NCBI GenBank assembly: GCA_963843755.1
Contig: CAWJLS010000002.1
Coordinates: forward strand, 385,279-449,278
Source: an uncultured Acidobacteriota bacterium
Lineage (GTDB): Bacteria > Acidobacteriota > Thermoanaerobaculia > Multivoradales > DATKCC01
Length of the DNA stretch: 64,000 bases
Direction: 5' to 3'
The position numbers and the translations under genes were made by a program. The notes beneath the pieces were generated by a model, which was not told the DNA's origin, ran no database searches, and worked only from the letters and a program-made list of their open reading frames with translations. This document shows, piece after piece, positions 9,574 through 20,897 of the stretch (its first letter is position 1; every line of letters begins with the position of its first letter).

Positions 9574-11724
9574 GTGCGGGCCGCCGTCTGCGGTGTCGTG
9601 GCGCTCGCCCTGCTGGCCGGGTGCGGCGGGCCGTCTGGCCCGTCCGGGCCGGCGGCGAGGAGGTCCCCGCGGCGACCTCGAAGGGCGCTTCCACGTCCTC
9701 CGGCGGCCGCGGGGGCAGCGCCCAGAACGTCGTCCTGATCACGGTCGACACCCTCCGGGCCGACGCCCTCGGCTTCGCCGGCAACCAGAAGGTGTCGACG
9801 CCGGCCCTCGACCGGCTGGCCGCCGCGGGCCGGGTGTTCACCGACGCCCATGCCCAGAACGTGGTCACCCTGCCTTCCCACACCAACATCCTGACCGGCC
9901 TCTACCCCTACCAGCACGGGGTGCGCAACAACGGCGGCTTCACGCTGCGGGCCGGACGTGCCGACCCTGGCGACGGTGCTCCACCGAGCCGGTTTCGCCA
10001 CCGCCGCGTTCGTCGCCGCGTTCGTCCTCGATTCGCGCTACGGCCTCGACCGCGGGCTTCGACGTCTACGACGACGACCTGGGGGGCGCGGTCGAAGGGC
10101 AGGGCGAGCACCTGTTCACCTACCCCGAGCGGTCGGGCGACGAGGTGGTGGAGCGGGCCCGCCGCTGGTGGCAGGAGAACCAGGGCCACCGCCGCTTCGT
10201 CTGGCTGCACCTGTTCGAGCCCCACGCGCCCTACACGCCGCCCGCGGCCTTCGCCGGCGACGGGTCGGAGCCCTATCTGGGCGAGGTCTCGGCGGTCGAC
10301 TCCTATCTCGCGCCGCTGCTCGACGAGCTCCTCTCCGGACGCGAGCCGCCCACCCTGGTGGTCTTCACCGCCGACCACGGCGAGGCGCTCGGCGAGCACG
10401 GCGAGCTGACCCATAGCTTCTTCGCCTACGAGCCGACCCTGAAGGTGCCGCTGGTGCTGTGGGGCCCCGGGGTCGAGCCCGGGCGCGACGGCCGGGCGGC
10501 CCAGCACGTCGACATCATGCCCACGGCGCTCGGCCTGCTGGGGGTCGACCCGCCCGCGGACCTGCCGGGGCGGTCGCTCGTCGGGGCGCCGCCGGACCCG
10601 TCGCGCGTCTCCTACTTCGAGTCGCTCTCGCCGAACCTGGAGTACGGCGCCGCTCCGCTGCGCGGGGTGATCGGCCACGGGATGAAGCTGATCGAGCTGC
10701 CGATCCCCGAGCTCTACGACCTGAAGGCGGACCCCGGGGAGACCCACAACCTCATCCACGAACGGCGGCGGGAGGCCCGGGAGCTGGCCGCGGCGCTGCC
10801 CGAAGAGTCCCAGTGGCCGCCCGAGGCCGGAGACGATCGCGCCGGAGGAGGCGGAGAAGCTCAGGAGCCTCGGCTACCTGGGGGGGCTCGACCGGTAGAG
10901 GGGCCGCGAAGAAGGCCTCCTACGGCCCGGAGGACGATCCGAAGAACCTGATCGGCCTCGACCGCAAGCTCAACTCGATGGTCCAGCTCTACACCGCGGG
11001 GCGCTACGACCGGGCGGTCGCGCTGGGGCGTGAGATCGTCGCGGCCCGGCCGACGATGACGGTCGCCTACGAGTACCTCACGCGCATCCTGCTCGAGCGC
11101 AACGACAACGCGGCGGTGCTCGATCTGCTCGAGGCGGCGCGGCGTGCCGGGGCCGCCAACGGGGCGCTGCTCCAGCAGCTCGGGCTGAGCCTGGTGCGCG
11201 CCGGACGGCCCGCGGAGGCGGTGAAGGTGCTCGAGACGCTCGACCCGGACGCGTCCGGCGCGGATACCCTGAACGGCCTCGGCCTGGCATACTCGGCCCT
11301 CGGACGCTACGACGACGCGGCCGCCGTGCTCGAGCGGGCGGCGGCGGCCCGGCCGGACGACCCGCGGCCGCTCGAGACCCTGTCGTTCGTGGCCATCCAG
11401 CGGCAGCGCTATGCGGAGGCCCGCGACTACGCCCGCCGGGCGTTGAAGATCGAAGGGCGGCGGCCCGATGCCTGGAACAACCTGGGGATCGCCTACTACA
11501 ACCTCGGCGACGCCAAGACCGCGGTGGAGGCCTGGAAGCGGGCCGCGACGCTCGACCCGGGCAACCTCGACGTGCTGTTCAACCTGGGCACGGTGGCGGC
11601 CCGGATCGGCGATGCCGGCACCGCCCGCAAGGCGCTCGGCGCCTTCCTGGCGGCCGCGCCGGCCTCCGGCTACGCCGACGAGCGGCGCCAGGCGCAGAGG
11701 ATCCTCGACGGTGGCGCATCCTAG
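9574..11724 (+). pseudogene. AP-superfamily sulfatase-like hydrolase fused to TPR, lipoprotein (paralogue 1), frame broken about 5 times
   Basis: GTG 9574 gives MRAAVCGVVALALLAGC (lipobox). Then NVVLITVDTLRADALGF...VVTLPSHTNILTGLYPYQHGVRNNG...FVWLHLFEPHAPY...FTADHGEALGEHGE..., with TPR to the stop at 11724. Homology hops across four track ORFs (9528, 9958, 9566, 10459) and an unlisted frame. The breaks are near 9640-9652, 9948-9955, 10054-10056 (GGG), 10826-10830 and 10880-10886 (G7). Confidence 0.75.
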
Positions 11725-13492
11725 GGCATCGAACGGCGGCGGGCCCGCTTCCCGGTCGCTCGCCTGGCTCGCCTGCCTGGCGCTCGGTACGTCCGCGTTC
11801 GCCCCGCCGTCGGCGGGCGGCGCCGCCGAGCTGTTCGTCGACCGGGCGGCCGAGACCGGCCTCGACTTCGTCCACTTCAACGGCATGGACGGCGACCTCA
11901 ACTTCGCCGAGATGATGGGCCAGGGGGCGGGGCTGATCGACTACGACAACGACGGCGATCTGGACGTCTACATGGTCCAGGGAACCGTGCTCGGGGAGGG
12001 CAAGACGGTGGCGGACGCCGTCTTCCCGCCCAAGTATCCTCAGCCCTTGACCGATCGCCTCTACCGCAACGACAGCTCGCGCGGTCCAGACGGCAAGATG
12101 GTGGTGCGCTTCACCGACGTCACCGACCGGAGCGGCGACCTGGGGACCGGCTACGGCATGGGGGTGATCGCGGGCGACTACGACAACGACGGCTGGGTGG
12201 ACCTCTACATCACCAACCTGGGCTCCAACCAACTGCTCCACAACCGGGGCGACGGCACGTTCGAGGAGGTGACCGCCGCGTCCGGCACCGACGACCCCCG
12301 CTGGAGCGTCCCCGCGTTCTTCTTCGACTACGACCGGGACGGCTGGCTCGACCTCTACGTCGGCAACTACGTGGACTTCCGCGCCGCGACCAACAAGCCG
12401 TGCACCACCCCCGGGGGCGCCCGCGACTACTGCGGCCCTTCTGCGTTCAACCCGGAGCCCGACCGCCTGTTCCACAACCGGGGCGACGGCACCTTCGAGG
12501 ACGTGACGGTGGCCTCCAAGCTGTCGACCGAGTACGGTGCGGCCCTGGGAGCCACGGCCGCCGATTTCGATGGCGACGGCTGGGTCGACCTCTACGTGGC
12601 CAACGACGGCCTGCCCAACCAGCTCTGGCTCAATCAGCACGACGGGACGTTCGAGAACGGCGCCCTGCTCGGCGGCTGTGCGGTCAACGCCATGGGCCAG
12701 CCGGAGGCGAGCATGGGGGTCGTCACCGGCGATCTCGACGGCAACGGCACCGAAGACCTGTTCATGACTCACCTCGAGCGGGAGACCAACACCATCTACC
12801 TGAACGACGGCACCGGGATCTTCGAGGACCGTTCCCAGGAGAGCGGCCTCGGTGTGCCGAGCTGGCGCTACACCGGCTTCGGCACCGCCCTGATCGATTA
12901 CGACAACGACGGTCTGCCCGACCTGTTCGTGGCCAACGGTGCGGTGACGCTGCTGTGGGACGAGGTCCGGGCGGGCGACGTCTACGCCCTCCACCAGACC
13001 AACAGCCTCTACCACAACCTGGGCGGCGCCCGGTTCAAGGAGGTGACGGCCGAGGCGGGCAAGGTGTTCGAGCTTTCGGAGGTCAGCCGCGGTGTCGCCA
13101 TGGGCGACGTCGATCAGGACGGCGACTCGGATCTGCTGTTCTCGAACAGCGCCGGGCCGGCCCGCCTGCTGTTCGACCAGGTCGGTCAGGATCAGCCCTG
13201 GCTCGGCCTGCGCCTGGTCGGCGACCCGACGGGGCACGGGCCGCCGCGGGAGATGCTCGGCGCGCGGGCGATCCTCACGCGCCACGGCGCACCGACCCTC
13301 TATCGGGAGGCTCGGACCTGGGGCAGTTACGCCTCGTCGAACGACCCGCGGATCCTCTTCGGCCTCGGCGGCGGCACCGACCTGGAGACGCTCCGCGTCC
13401 AGTGGCCGGACGGCCGCACCGAGGAGTGGCGCGGGCTCGAGCCCGGGCACTACGCGACGCTCGTCGAGGGGGGCGGGAGGGAGGCGCCATGA
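11711..13492 (+). CDS. CRTAC1-type FG-GAP/VCBS repeat protein with ASPIC/UnbV C-terminus (paralogue 1)
   Basis: In ORF 11468..13492. Likely GTG start at 11711, overlapping the upstream stop. Signal SLAWLACLALGTSAFA. Repeated DYDNDGxxDLYV / LxxNxGDGTFE units. C-terminal WLGLRLVG...GARAIL...EARTWGSYASSNDPRILFGLGG...LRVQWPDG. Confidence 0.85.
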   Translation: MAHPRASNGGGPASRSLAWLACLALGTSAFAPPSAGGAAELFVDRAAETGLDFVHFNGMDGDLNFAEMMGQGAGLIDYDNDGDLDVYMVQGTVLGEGKTVADAVFPPKYPQPLTDRLYRNDSSRGPDGKMVVRFTDVTDRSGDLGTGYGMGVIAGDYDNDGWVDLYITNLGSNQLLHNRGDGTFEEVTAASGTDDPRWSVPAFFFDYDRDGWLDLYVGNYVDFRAATNKPCTTPGGARDYCGPSAFNPEPDRLFHNRGDGTFEDVTVASKLSTEYGAALGATAADFDGDGWVDLYVANDGLPNQLWLNQHDGTFENGALLGGCAVNAMGQPEASMGVVTGDLDGNGTEDLFMTHLERETNTIYLNDGTGIFEDRSQESGLGVPSWRYTGFGTALIDYDNDGLPDLFVANGAVTLLWDEVRAGDVYALHQTNSLYHNLGGARFKEVTAEAGKVFELSEVSRGVAMGDVDQDGDSDLLFSNSAGPARLLFDQVGQDQPWLGLRLVGDPTGHGPPREMLGARAILTRHGAPTLYREARTWGSYASSNDPRILFGLGGGTDLETLRVQWPDGRTEEWRGLEPGHYATLVEGGGREAP

Positions 13493-15444
13493 GGAGGCTC
13501 TTCCCACTTCCCGGGCTGCACGCGGCGGCCCGGGCCGTGCTCGCCGCGCTGCAGGCCGCCCTCCTGGCGGCCCTGGTTCTGCCCACGCCGCCCGCATGGG
13601 GCGCGCCGTCCGCCGCGCAGCAGCCTCCCGGACAAGCTCCCGGAGTCGCCTCCGGGGACGCTCCGTCCGCCCCATCGGCGGAAGCCGGGACCGACCTCGC
13701 GCCGCCGCGCCCGGACCTGGTCGCGGTGCCGGCGCCGCCGATCGCAAACCTGGAGCCGGGAGACCAGGAGCAGCTCAGCGACGAGCGGGCGGCCGTGGCC
13801 GAGCTGATCGCCGACAGGAGCGCCTCCGACGCGAAGCTGGCGGCGGCCTACGGACGGCTGGGCAGCCTCTATCTCCTCTACGACCTGTCGGAGGCCGCCG
13901 AACCGGCGCTGATCGATGCTCGCACCCTGCAGCCCGACGAGCTCGCCTGGCCGTACTACCTGGGCGTGCTCTACCAGCGCGACGGGCGCCTGACCGAGGC
14001 CGAGGCGAGCCTCGCCAGGGCCCACGACCTGAAGCCGGACGACCTACCGACCATGATCCGCCTGGGGCAGGTGCGGCTCGCCGCGGGCGACCTCGACGGC
14101 GCGCAGACGATCTTCTCGACGGTCTACGAGCGCGAGCCGCGCTCCGCGGCGGCCCTCGAAGGGCTGGGAACGATCGACGTCCGCCAGAAGCGCCCCCAGC
14201 AGGCGATCGAACGCTTCCAGCGGGCGCTCGAGCTCCAGCCGGGGGCTGACATTCTCCATCACCAGCTCGGGCTCGCCTACCGCGACCTGGGAGACCTGGA
14301 CAAGGCCAAGGAGCACCTCGCCCTGAACAAGGGCGGCCGCGTCCGCTTCTTCGACCCGCTGATGGACGGCCTGACCGGTCTGCTCCGCGGGGCCTCGATC
14401 CACCTGAAGCGCGGCAACAACGCTCTCAAGGACGGGCTGGTGGATGTGGCGATCCGGGAGTACCGCCAGGCCGTCGCGATCGACCCGAAGGACCCCAAGA
14501 ACCAGTACAACTTGGGCTTCGCGCTGGTCAAGGCGGGGCAGCGCGACGAGGCGATCGGCTACTTCGAGAAGGCGATCGAGCTCGACCCGGGGTACCGCGA
14601 CGCTCACTACAACCTGGCCGCCGCGCTGGCCGAAGAGGACCGGTGGGATGAGGCCGTCGGGCACTACGCCAAGGCGGTCGAGATCGATCCCCTCGACCAC
14701 GCCGCCCACCTGGAGTGGGCCCAGGCGCTGCTCCGGGTCGGCAAGAGCGATCGCGCGGCCGAGGAGCTCGAGGCGTTGCTCGGCCAGCTCCACGGCGACG
14801 AGGTGAAGCTCGCCGGCCAGGTGCACCTCGAGCTCGCCCGCCTCCGGCAGAAGGCCGGTGACGAGGAGGGCGCGCTGGACCACTTCCGGAAAGCCGCGTC
14901 GAGCCTGCCCGACTCCCGCGCCGCCCACGAGGAGCTGGCGAAGCTGCTGGGCCGGAGCGGTCAGTTCGGCGAGGCGGCGGGGCAGCTCGACCGGGTGGTG
15001 GAGCTCGCGCCCCGGGAGGTCGACCCGCGGTTCGGCCGGGCCATGGCCCTGATCCTGGGCGGCGAGTACCGGCGCGCCCGCGAGAACCTGGAGGCCGATC
15101 TCGACGTGCTGCCCGGCAACCCGGTCCTCTCCGACCTGCTGGCCCGGCTGCTGGCGACGGCACCCGACCCGGCTGCCCGCGACGGCGCCCGGGCGGTCGC
15201 CATGGCCGAGGCGGCCTTCCGCCGCCAGGCCAACCTGGAGCGGGCGGAGACGGTAGGCATGGCCTATGCTGAGGCGGGACGGTTCGACGACGCGGTCACC
15301 TGGCAGCGGCGGGTGCTCGGCCAGGTGGAGCCCAAGGGGCGGCCCGAGGTGATCGCGCGCAACCGGCGGTACCTGGCGCTCTACGAGGAGGGGAAGCCGG
15401 TGCGGAGCCCCTGGAGCCCGCCGCGAGGAGGAGACGCGAAATGA
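13489..15444 (+). CDS. exported TPR-repeat protein
   Basis: ATG 13489 (ATGA overlap with the upstream stop), in frame with ORF 12400..15444. Hydrophobic N-terminus LAALQAALLAALVLP. About 12 TPR-like units (e.g. AWPYYLGVLYQRDGRLTEAEASLARAHDLKPDD, YNLGFALVKAGQRDEAIGYFEKAIELDPGY). Confidence 0.8.
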   Translation: MRRLFPLPGLHAAARAVLAALQAALLAALVLPTPPAWGAPSAAQQPPGQAPGVASGDAPSAPSAEAGTDLAPPRPDLVAVPAPPIANLEPGDQEQLSDERAAVAELIADRSASDAKLAAAYGRLGSLYLLYDLSEAAEPALIDARTLQPDELAWPYYLGVLYQRDGRLTEAEASLARAHDLKPDDLPTMIRLGQVRLAAGDLDGAQTIFSTVYEREPRSAAALEGLGTIDVRQKRPQQAIERFQRALELQPGADILHHQLGLAYRDLGDLDKAKEHLALNKGGRVRFFDPLMDGLTGLLRGASIHLKRGNNALKDGLVDVAIREYRQAVAIDPKDPKNQYNLGFALVKAGQRDEAIGYFEKAIELDPGYRDAHYNLAAALAEEDRWDEAVGHYAKAVEIDPLDHAAHLEWAQALLRVGKSDRAAEELEALLGQLHGDEVKLAGQVHLELARLRQKAGDEEGALDHFRKAASSLPDSRAAHEELAKLLGRSGQFGEAAGQLDRVVELAPREVDPRFGRAMALILGGEYRRARENLEADLDVLPGNPVLSDLLARLLATAPDPAARDGARAVAMAEAAFRRQANLERAETVGMAYAEAGRFDDAVTWQRRVLGQVEPKGRPEVIARNRRYLALYEEGKPVRSPWSPPRGGDAK

Positions 15445-17140
15445 CGCGATGGAGGAGACGGCGTGGTGGGGCCGCTCGCCGAGAGTGGACCCGCGCCCTG
15501 GTGCTGAGCGGCCTGCTGGTCTCGGGAGCGCTCTGGGCGGCGGCACCGGCCCGCGGAGCCCAGATCCGCTTCAAGGAGGTCTCGAAGGACTGGGGGCTCG
15601 CCTTCCGCCACCACCACGGTGGCAGCGGCGAGCTCTACATGGTCGAGACCATGGGCTCCGGCGTCGCCGTCTTCGACTACGACGGCGACGGCGACGACGA
15701 CGTCTTCTTCGTCGACAGCGGAACGCTTCCGGGATACCACGGAGAGGAGCCGCACTCGGCCCTGTTCCGCAACGACGGCGGGCACTTCGTCGACGTCACC
15801 CGCGCGGCGGGGGTCAAGATCAAGGTCTACGGCCAGGGCGCGGTCGCCGCCGACGTCGACGGGGACGGCGAGCTCGACCTCTACGTCACCGGCTTCGGGC
15901 CGAACCAGCTTTTCCACAACCGGGGCGACGGCACCTTCGAGGAGGTGCCCGACGCCGGCGGCGCCGCGGACCCGGGCGTCGGGGCGTCGGCCAGCTTCGC
16001 CGACGTCGACGGCGACGGCGACCTGGACCTCTACAGCGCCAACTACGTCGATTTCGACCTCGACCACAACGTCGTCTGCGGCAACAAGGAGCGGGGCATC
16101 CGGACCTACTGCCATCCGGACGCCTACGACGGCATGGCGGACCACTTCTACCGCAACCAGGGCGACGGCACGTTCGTCGAGGACACCGCCGCGGCCGGCC
16201 TCGAGGCCACCATGTCCGACGGGCCCGGGAAGGGGCTGGGGGTGCTGTGGACCGACATCGACGATGACGGCTGGCCGGACCTCTACGTGGCCAACGACAT
16301 GACTGAGAACCTGCTGTTCCGCAACCGCGGCGACGGCACGTTCGAGGAGCTGGGCATGCTCGCGGGCACGGCCTTCAGCGACCGCGGCGATCCGGAGGCG
16401 AGCATGGGGGTGGACGCCGGCGACCTGGACGGCGACGGCATGCCCGAGATCATGCTGACCCACATCGACGGCCAGACCAACGCCGTCTACAGCTACAAGG
16501 GGTCGTGGATCTTCACCGACAGCCGCTACACAGTGCGCCTGGCGGAGCCGTCGGTGGGCAAGGTCGGCTTCGGCGTGCTGTTCGCCGACTTCGACCAGGA
16601 CGCCGACCTCGACGTGGCAGTGGCCAACGGCCACATCATCGACAACATCGACCTGTTCGACAAGACGACCACCTACAAGCAGCCGCAACCAGGTGTTCGA
16701 GAACCTCGGCAACGGGCGGTTCTCGGAAGACGAGCACTCCGGCCTCGACGTGATCCGCGCCAGCCGCGGCTCGGCGGTCGGCGACCTCGACCTCGACGGC
16801 GACCTCGACCTGCTGATCAACAACTCGAACGACTGGTGCGAGGTCTACGAGAACGTGACCCCGAACGCCGGCGCCTGGCTCCAGGTCGACCTGGTGCAGG
16901 ACCGCGGCAACCGGTGGGCGATCGGCGGGCGGGTGACGGTCGACGCCGAAGGGCTCGCGCTCCCAGTGGCGCGAGGTGCGGACCGGCTCGTCCTACCTCT
17001 CCCAGAGCGCGTCGACGCTGCACTTCGGGCTGGGCGCGGCCAAGAGGGTCGACCGGCTGCTCGCCCGCTGGCCGGGCGGTGAGCAGCGGATCGTCGAAGG
17101 CCTCGGCACCCGCGTCCGCGTGCGTCTGTTCAAGAACTGA
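15441..17140 (+). pseudogene. CRTAC1-type FG-GAP/ASPIC protein (paralogue 2), frame broken twice
   Basis: ATGA overlap start at 15441. WGLAFRHHHGGSGELYMVETMGSGVAVFDYDGDGD... and FG-GAP units. Homology moves to ORF 16693..17082 near 16683-16690. It moves to a third frame near 16955-16964 (QWREVRTGSSYLSQSASTLHFGLG...RWPGGEQ...LFKN, stop 17138-17140). Confidence 0.75.
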
Positions 17141-19171
17141 TCCGGGCCAGCGTCTGCCGGGCCATGCGGTTGCCCGGCTGCACCTCGAGCAGGTGCTCGA
17201 GCAGCGGCCGCGCCTCGTCCTTGCGCCCCTCGCTCAGCAGCAGCACCGCCAGGTCGTTGAGGGCCGCCGGGTGGTCGGGGGCCAGCTCCAGCGCCTTCCT
17301 CAGGTGCTGCTCGGCCGTCTCGAGGTTCTTCTGTCCCCATGGCGATCGCCCCGGCCTGGTACTGGACGTCCGGGTTGTCGGGCAGGGCGCGGAGCAGCGC
17401 GTCGGACTCCTTCTGCCGCCTCGTCGAGCCGGTGGCCGAACAGCAGGGCGCGGACCTTGAGCAGTCGAAGCCGCGGCTTGTCCGGGGACTCGTCGATCGC
17501 GGCGTCGAGGTAGAGCAGGCCGTCGTCCAGGTCGCCGAGCTCCAGGGCGAGCTGGGCCATCGGCTGGGCGAGCCCGGGCGCGCCGTTCGACAGGTCGAAG
17601 GCCTTCTTGTACGCATCGAGCGCGTTGCGGCGCTGGCCGAGGTTCTGGAGCGTCAGGCCGAGGAACTGCCAGGCGTCCATCGACTTCGGGATCTGCGCGG
17701 TCGCCTGGCGCAGCCGGGGGAGGGCCTCCTGGTAGTCGCCGCGCTGGACGATCTCGATCGCCACCCGCAGGTTCTCGAGCGCCGCCAGCTCGTCCTTCGG
17801 GTTGACCGAGGTGTCCTCGGAGCCGGCCGTCCCGCCCAGGTAGCCGAGCGAGGTCAACGCCTCCCGGGTCTCCGAGCTCTCCTCGAACGGCTTTTCGAAG
17901 TGGGGCTCGATCGCCTCGATCGCGTCGCGCATCCGGGCATAGACGCGGCGCTCCCGGCGGATCCGGTCGGTCCTCTCCGCCGGGTCCTGCTCGACGTCGT
18001 AGAGCTCGGAGCGGGGGCTCTGGATGTAGTGGTAGTGGCCGTCGATCAGCGACCGGAGCTCACTCCAGCCGAAGCGTATCCGCGGGTGGTAGGTCTCGCT
18101 GTAGATCGCGCGGGGCGCGGTCAGCGACTCGACGTCGAGCAGCGACATGCCGTCGAGCCGCTCGGGGGCGGGCGCCCCGGCGATGGCGAGCAGCGTCGGC
18201 ATGACGTCGGCCAGCCCGACGGGGGCCGCCACACTGGTGCCGGCACGGCGCCGGCCGGGCAGCTTGAGGATCAGCGGCACCTGGATCGCCTCGCGGTAGA
18301 GCAGCACGCCGTGCTCGTCCTCGCCGTGGTCGCCGAGCCCCTCGCCGTGGTCCGAGAGCAGGACGATGGTCGAGTCGTCGTAGAGGCCCCGCTGCCTGGA
18401 GCGCCTTCACCAGGTCGCCGACGATCTGGTCGCTCTCCGCGATCTCGCCGTCGTACGGGGAGGCGTAGCGGGAGGCGAACGGCTCGGGCGGATCGTACGG
18501 CGCGTGGGGCTCGTAGATGTGGAAGAAGAGGAAGAACGGCCGGTCGGCGTCCCGGCCCGGGCGGTCGTCGAGCCAGGCGAGCGCCGCCTTCAGGGTGGCC
18601 GGGCCGGGGCGCTGGATCTGGGCGATGGTGGCGCGCCGGGAGTCCGCCTGGAAGTCGTCGTCGTAGGTGTCGAAGCCGCGGGAGATGCCGGTCTGGTGGC
18701 GCAGCACGAAGGCGGAGACCGCCCCGCCGGTGGCGTAGCCGGCCTGCTCCAGGACCTCGGCCAGGGTCGGCGGCCCGTCCGCGGCCAGGCGGTAGCCGGC
18801 GTTGTCGCGCACGCCGTGGTCGGGCGGCAGCAGGCCGGTGAAGAGCGAGGTGTGGGACGGCAGGGTCAGCGGCACCGGGCTGTAGGCGTGCTCGAACAGG
18901 ATGCCGTCGGCGCGCAGGGCGTCGATCGCCGGCGTCTCGGCCGCCGCCTCGCCGTAGACGTCGAGGTGGTCGGAGCGCAGGGTGTCGATCGAGATCAGGA
19001 CGATCGGCCGGCCGGCCGGGATCGCTCCGCTCCGGAGCCGGCGCTGCAGCCGAGGAAGGCGGTGAGGGCGACCGACGTAGCCAGGGCGGCCAGGGCGGCC
19101 ACAGCGGCCAGGGCTCTCGGGACAGGGAGGGCGGCGAGGCCGCTGACGACGGGGCGGAAGGCGCGGCTCAT
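17130..19171 (-). pseudogene. AP-superfamily sulfatase-like hydrolase fused to TPR, lipoprotein (paralogue 2), frame broken about 4 times
   Basis: ATG 19171 gives MSRAFRPVVSGLAALPVPRALAAVAALAALATSVALTAFLGC (lipobox). RPIVLISIDTLRSDHL...VPLTLPSHTSLFTGLLPPDHGVRDN...FFLFFHIYEPHAPYDPP...SDHGEGLGDHGEDEHGVLLYREA... then TPR. Breaks near 19005-19020, 18384-18395, 17405-17415 and 17328-17338. The stop at 17132-17130 overlaps the convergent gene end by 11 nt. Confidence 0.75.
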
Positions 19172-19272
19172 GGGGCGAGCATGCTACCAGCTCGCCCGGC
19201 CGGCTTCCCTCGGCCGGCGGCGTGCCCGGGGCGGGCCCGGACCCCGACTCGGACTCCGGCCCGGGTCCCGGT

Positions 19273-20897
19273 CTACGGTGTCTCCCGGGCCGCGGACGTC
19301 CCGTCCTCCGGCGGCCGGTCGGGCCCCCGGTACCCCTCGCACAGGAACAGGCGGAACCGGCGCACGAGTCTTGCCCCGGTGGCGGATCTCGATCGGCGGC
19401 AGCTCCCGCACCGAGGCGAAGTACTGGCGCACCTGGCCGAGGTAGCGCTCGGTCTTGCTCGTTGGGCCGGAGCTTCGGACTGGGTGCGGACGAACAGGGC
19501 GTCGCGGCCGGCGAGGCGTCCGCGGGTCCTCGCCGATGTACTCGAGCTCGAGGGCGTTCCAGCCGATCACGTTCATGCCGTAGACCTCGAGGTCCGAGTA
19601 GAACCGGAGCTCGGCGGTGGTCTTGTAGTTGTCGGCCGAGAAGACGAAGAGCTCGGGGTGGCTGCCGGCGAGGGCGTCGGCCCGGGCCTCGACGTCGCGG
19701 GCCAGCTCCTGCCAGCCGAACCAGGTGTCGTCGGAGTGGACCGGCACCGGGTAGAGGACGAGCTGGACCGCCAGCAGCAGGTGGAGCAGCACGGCGCTCA
19801 CCAGGTGCCAGCGCACGGCCCGGCGGCCGATCTCCAGGGCGACCAGGAGGGTGGCGGCCACGTAGGCCGGCATCGGCCAGTTCGCCTTGACCCAGGTGAG
19901 CGTCGACAGGGCGATGCAGGTGGCGAAGACCGGCACCGAGAAGGCGAGCAGGAACAGCCGCGTGGTGCGCTCGGGCGGCGCGCCGAGGCGTTCGAGGCGG
20001 AGCGGGCTCCGCGCCGCCCGCCAGAGGTCGCGGCCGGCGATCCACAGGAAGAGGCCGAGCGGGATCGGCAGGAAGACCACCGCCTGGCTGGCGAGAAAGC
20101 CGAGGGTCTCGCCCGGGTCGATGCCGCGCACCGTCTTCGGCGCGTCCGACCGACTGGAAGAGGAACGAGACCCAGCCGTGGCGGGCGTTCCAGACGTAGA
20201 CCGGCAGGGCGACGACGTGGGTCGCGACCAGGGCGAGCCACGGTCCGGGCGTGCGCAGCAGCCGCCGGTGGTCCGGCGAGCAGAGGAGGAAGAGGATCAG
20301 CCCGCCCTGGAGGAAGACGGCGGTGTACTTGCTGAGCAGCGCCAGCCCCATGAGCGCCCCGACCAGCAGCCAGGGGCCCCAGGCGCTCCACGCACTCGAA
20401 GGGAGCGCGTTCGGCTGCATCGGCTGCATCGGCTGCCGATGCAGCAGCAGCCGGGCGAGGGCCCACAGCGCGAGGGTCCAGAACAGCAGCAGCGGCACGT
20501 CGGGGACCGCGATCCACGACAGCAGGGTGACGACCAGGGTGGTCGAGAAGACCGCCAGGGCGGAGAGCTGGCGCGGATCGGCCGGGCCCGCAGAGTCGGC
20601 CGGGTGGGCGGCGCGGCTGGGCAGGAGCTGCCGTGCCAGGCCGAAGAACGCGAGCTGGGTGGCCAGAGTCGTGGTGAACGTGGCCAGGCGCACCGCGAGC
20701 GTGCTCTTGCCGAGCAGGGTGATCCAGGGCCAGAGCAGCCACCCGATCATCGGCGGGTGGTCGAAGTAGGAGAGCGCCGGGTGCTGGGCGTAGATCGAGT
20801 AGTACGCGCTCTGGGGCATCAGGTCGAACGCCCCCAGGAGCGCCGCCCGCAGCAGCGAGGCCGCGGCGAAGACGAGGAACGCGGTCCGGGGTTTCAG
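19273..20897 (-). pseudogene. GT39 (ArnT/PMT_2-like) membrane glycosyltransferase, frame broken 2-4 times, no canonical start codon
   Basis: FDLMPQSAYYSIYAQHPALSYFDHPPMIGWLLW... plus multiple TM segments in the frame of ORF 18060..21692. It continues in ORF 19184..20131 after about 20145-20155. Further shifts lie near 19518-19522, 19462-19472 and 19366-19374, with the stop at 19275-19273. The first codon after the GT2 stop is CTG (CTGA junction at 20897-20894). Confidence 0.65.
20412..20444. repeat. 9-bp direct repeat x2 plus a 21-bp perfect palindrome inside the decayed GT39 gene
   Basis: cggctgcat at 20412-20420 and 20421-20429. Palindrome ctgcatcggc-t-gccgatgcag at 20424-20444. Encodes ...QPMQPMQP... 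on the minus strand. Confidence 0.85.
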
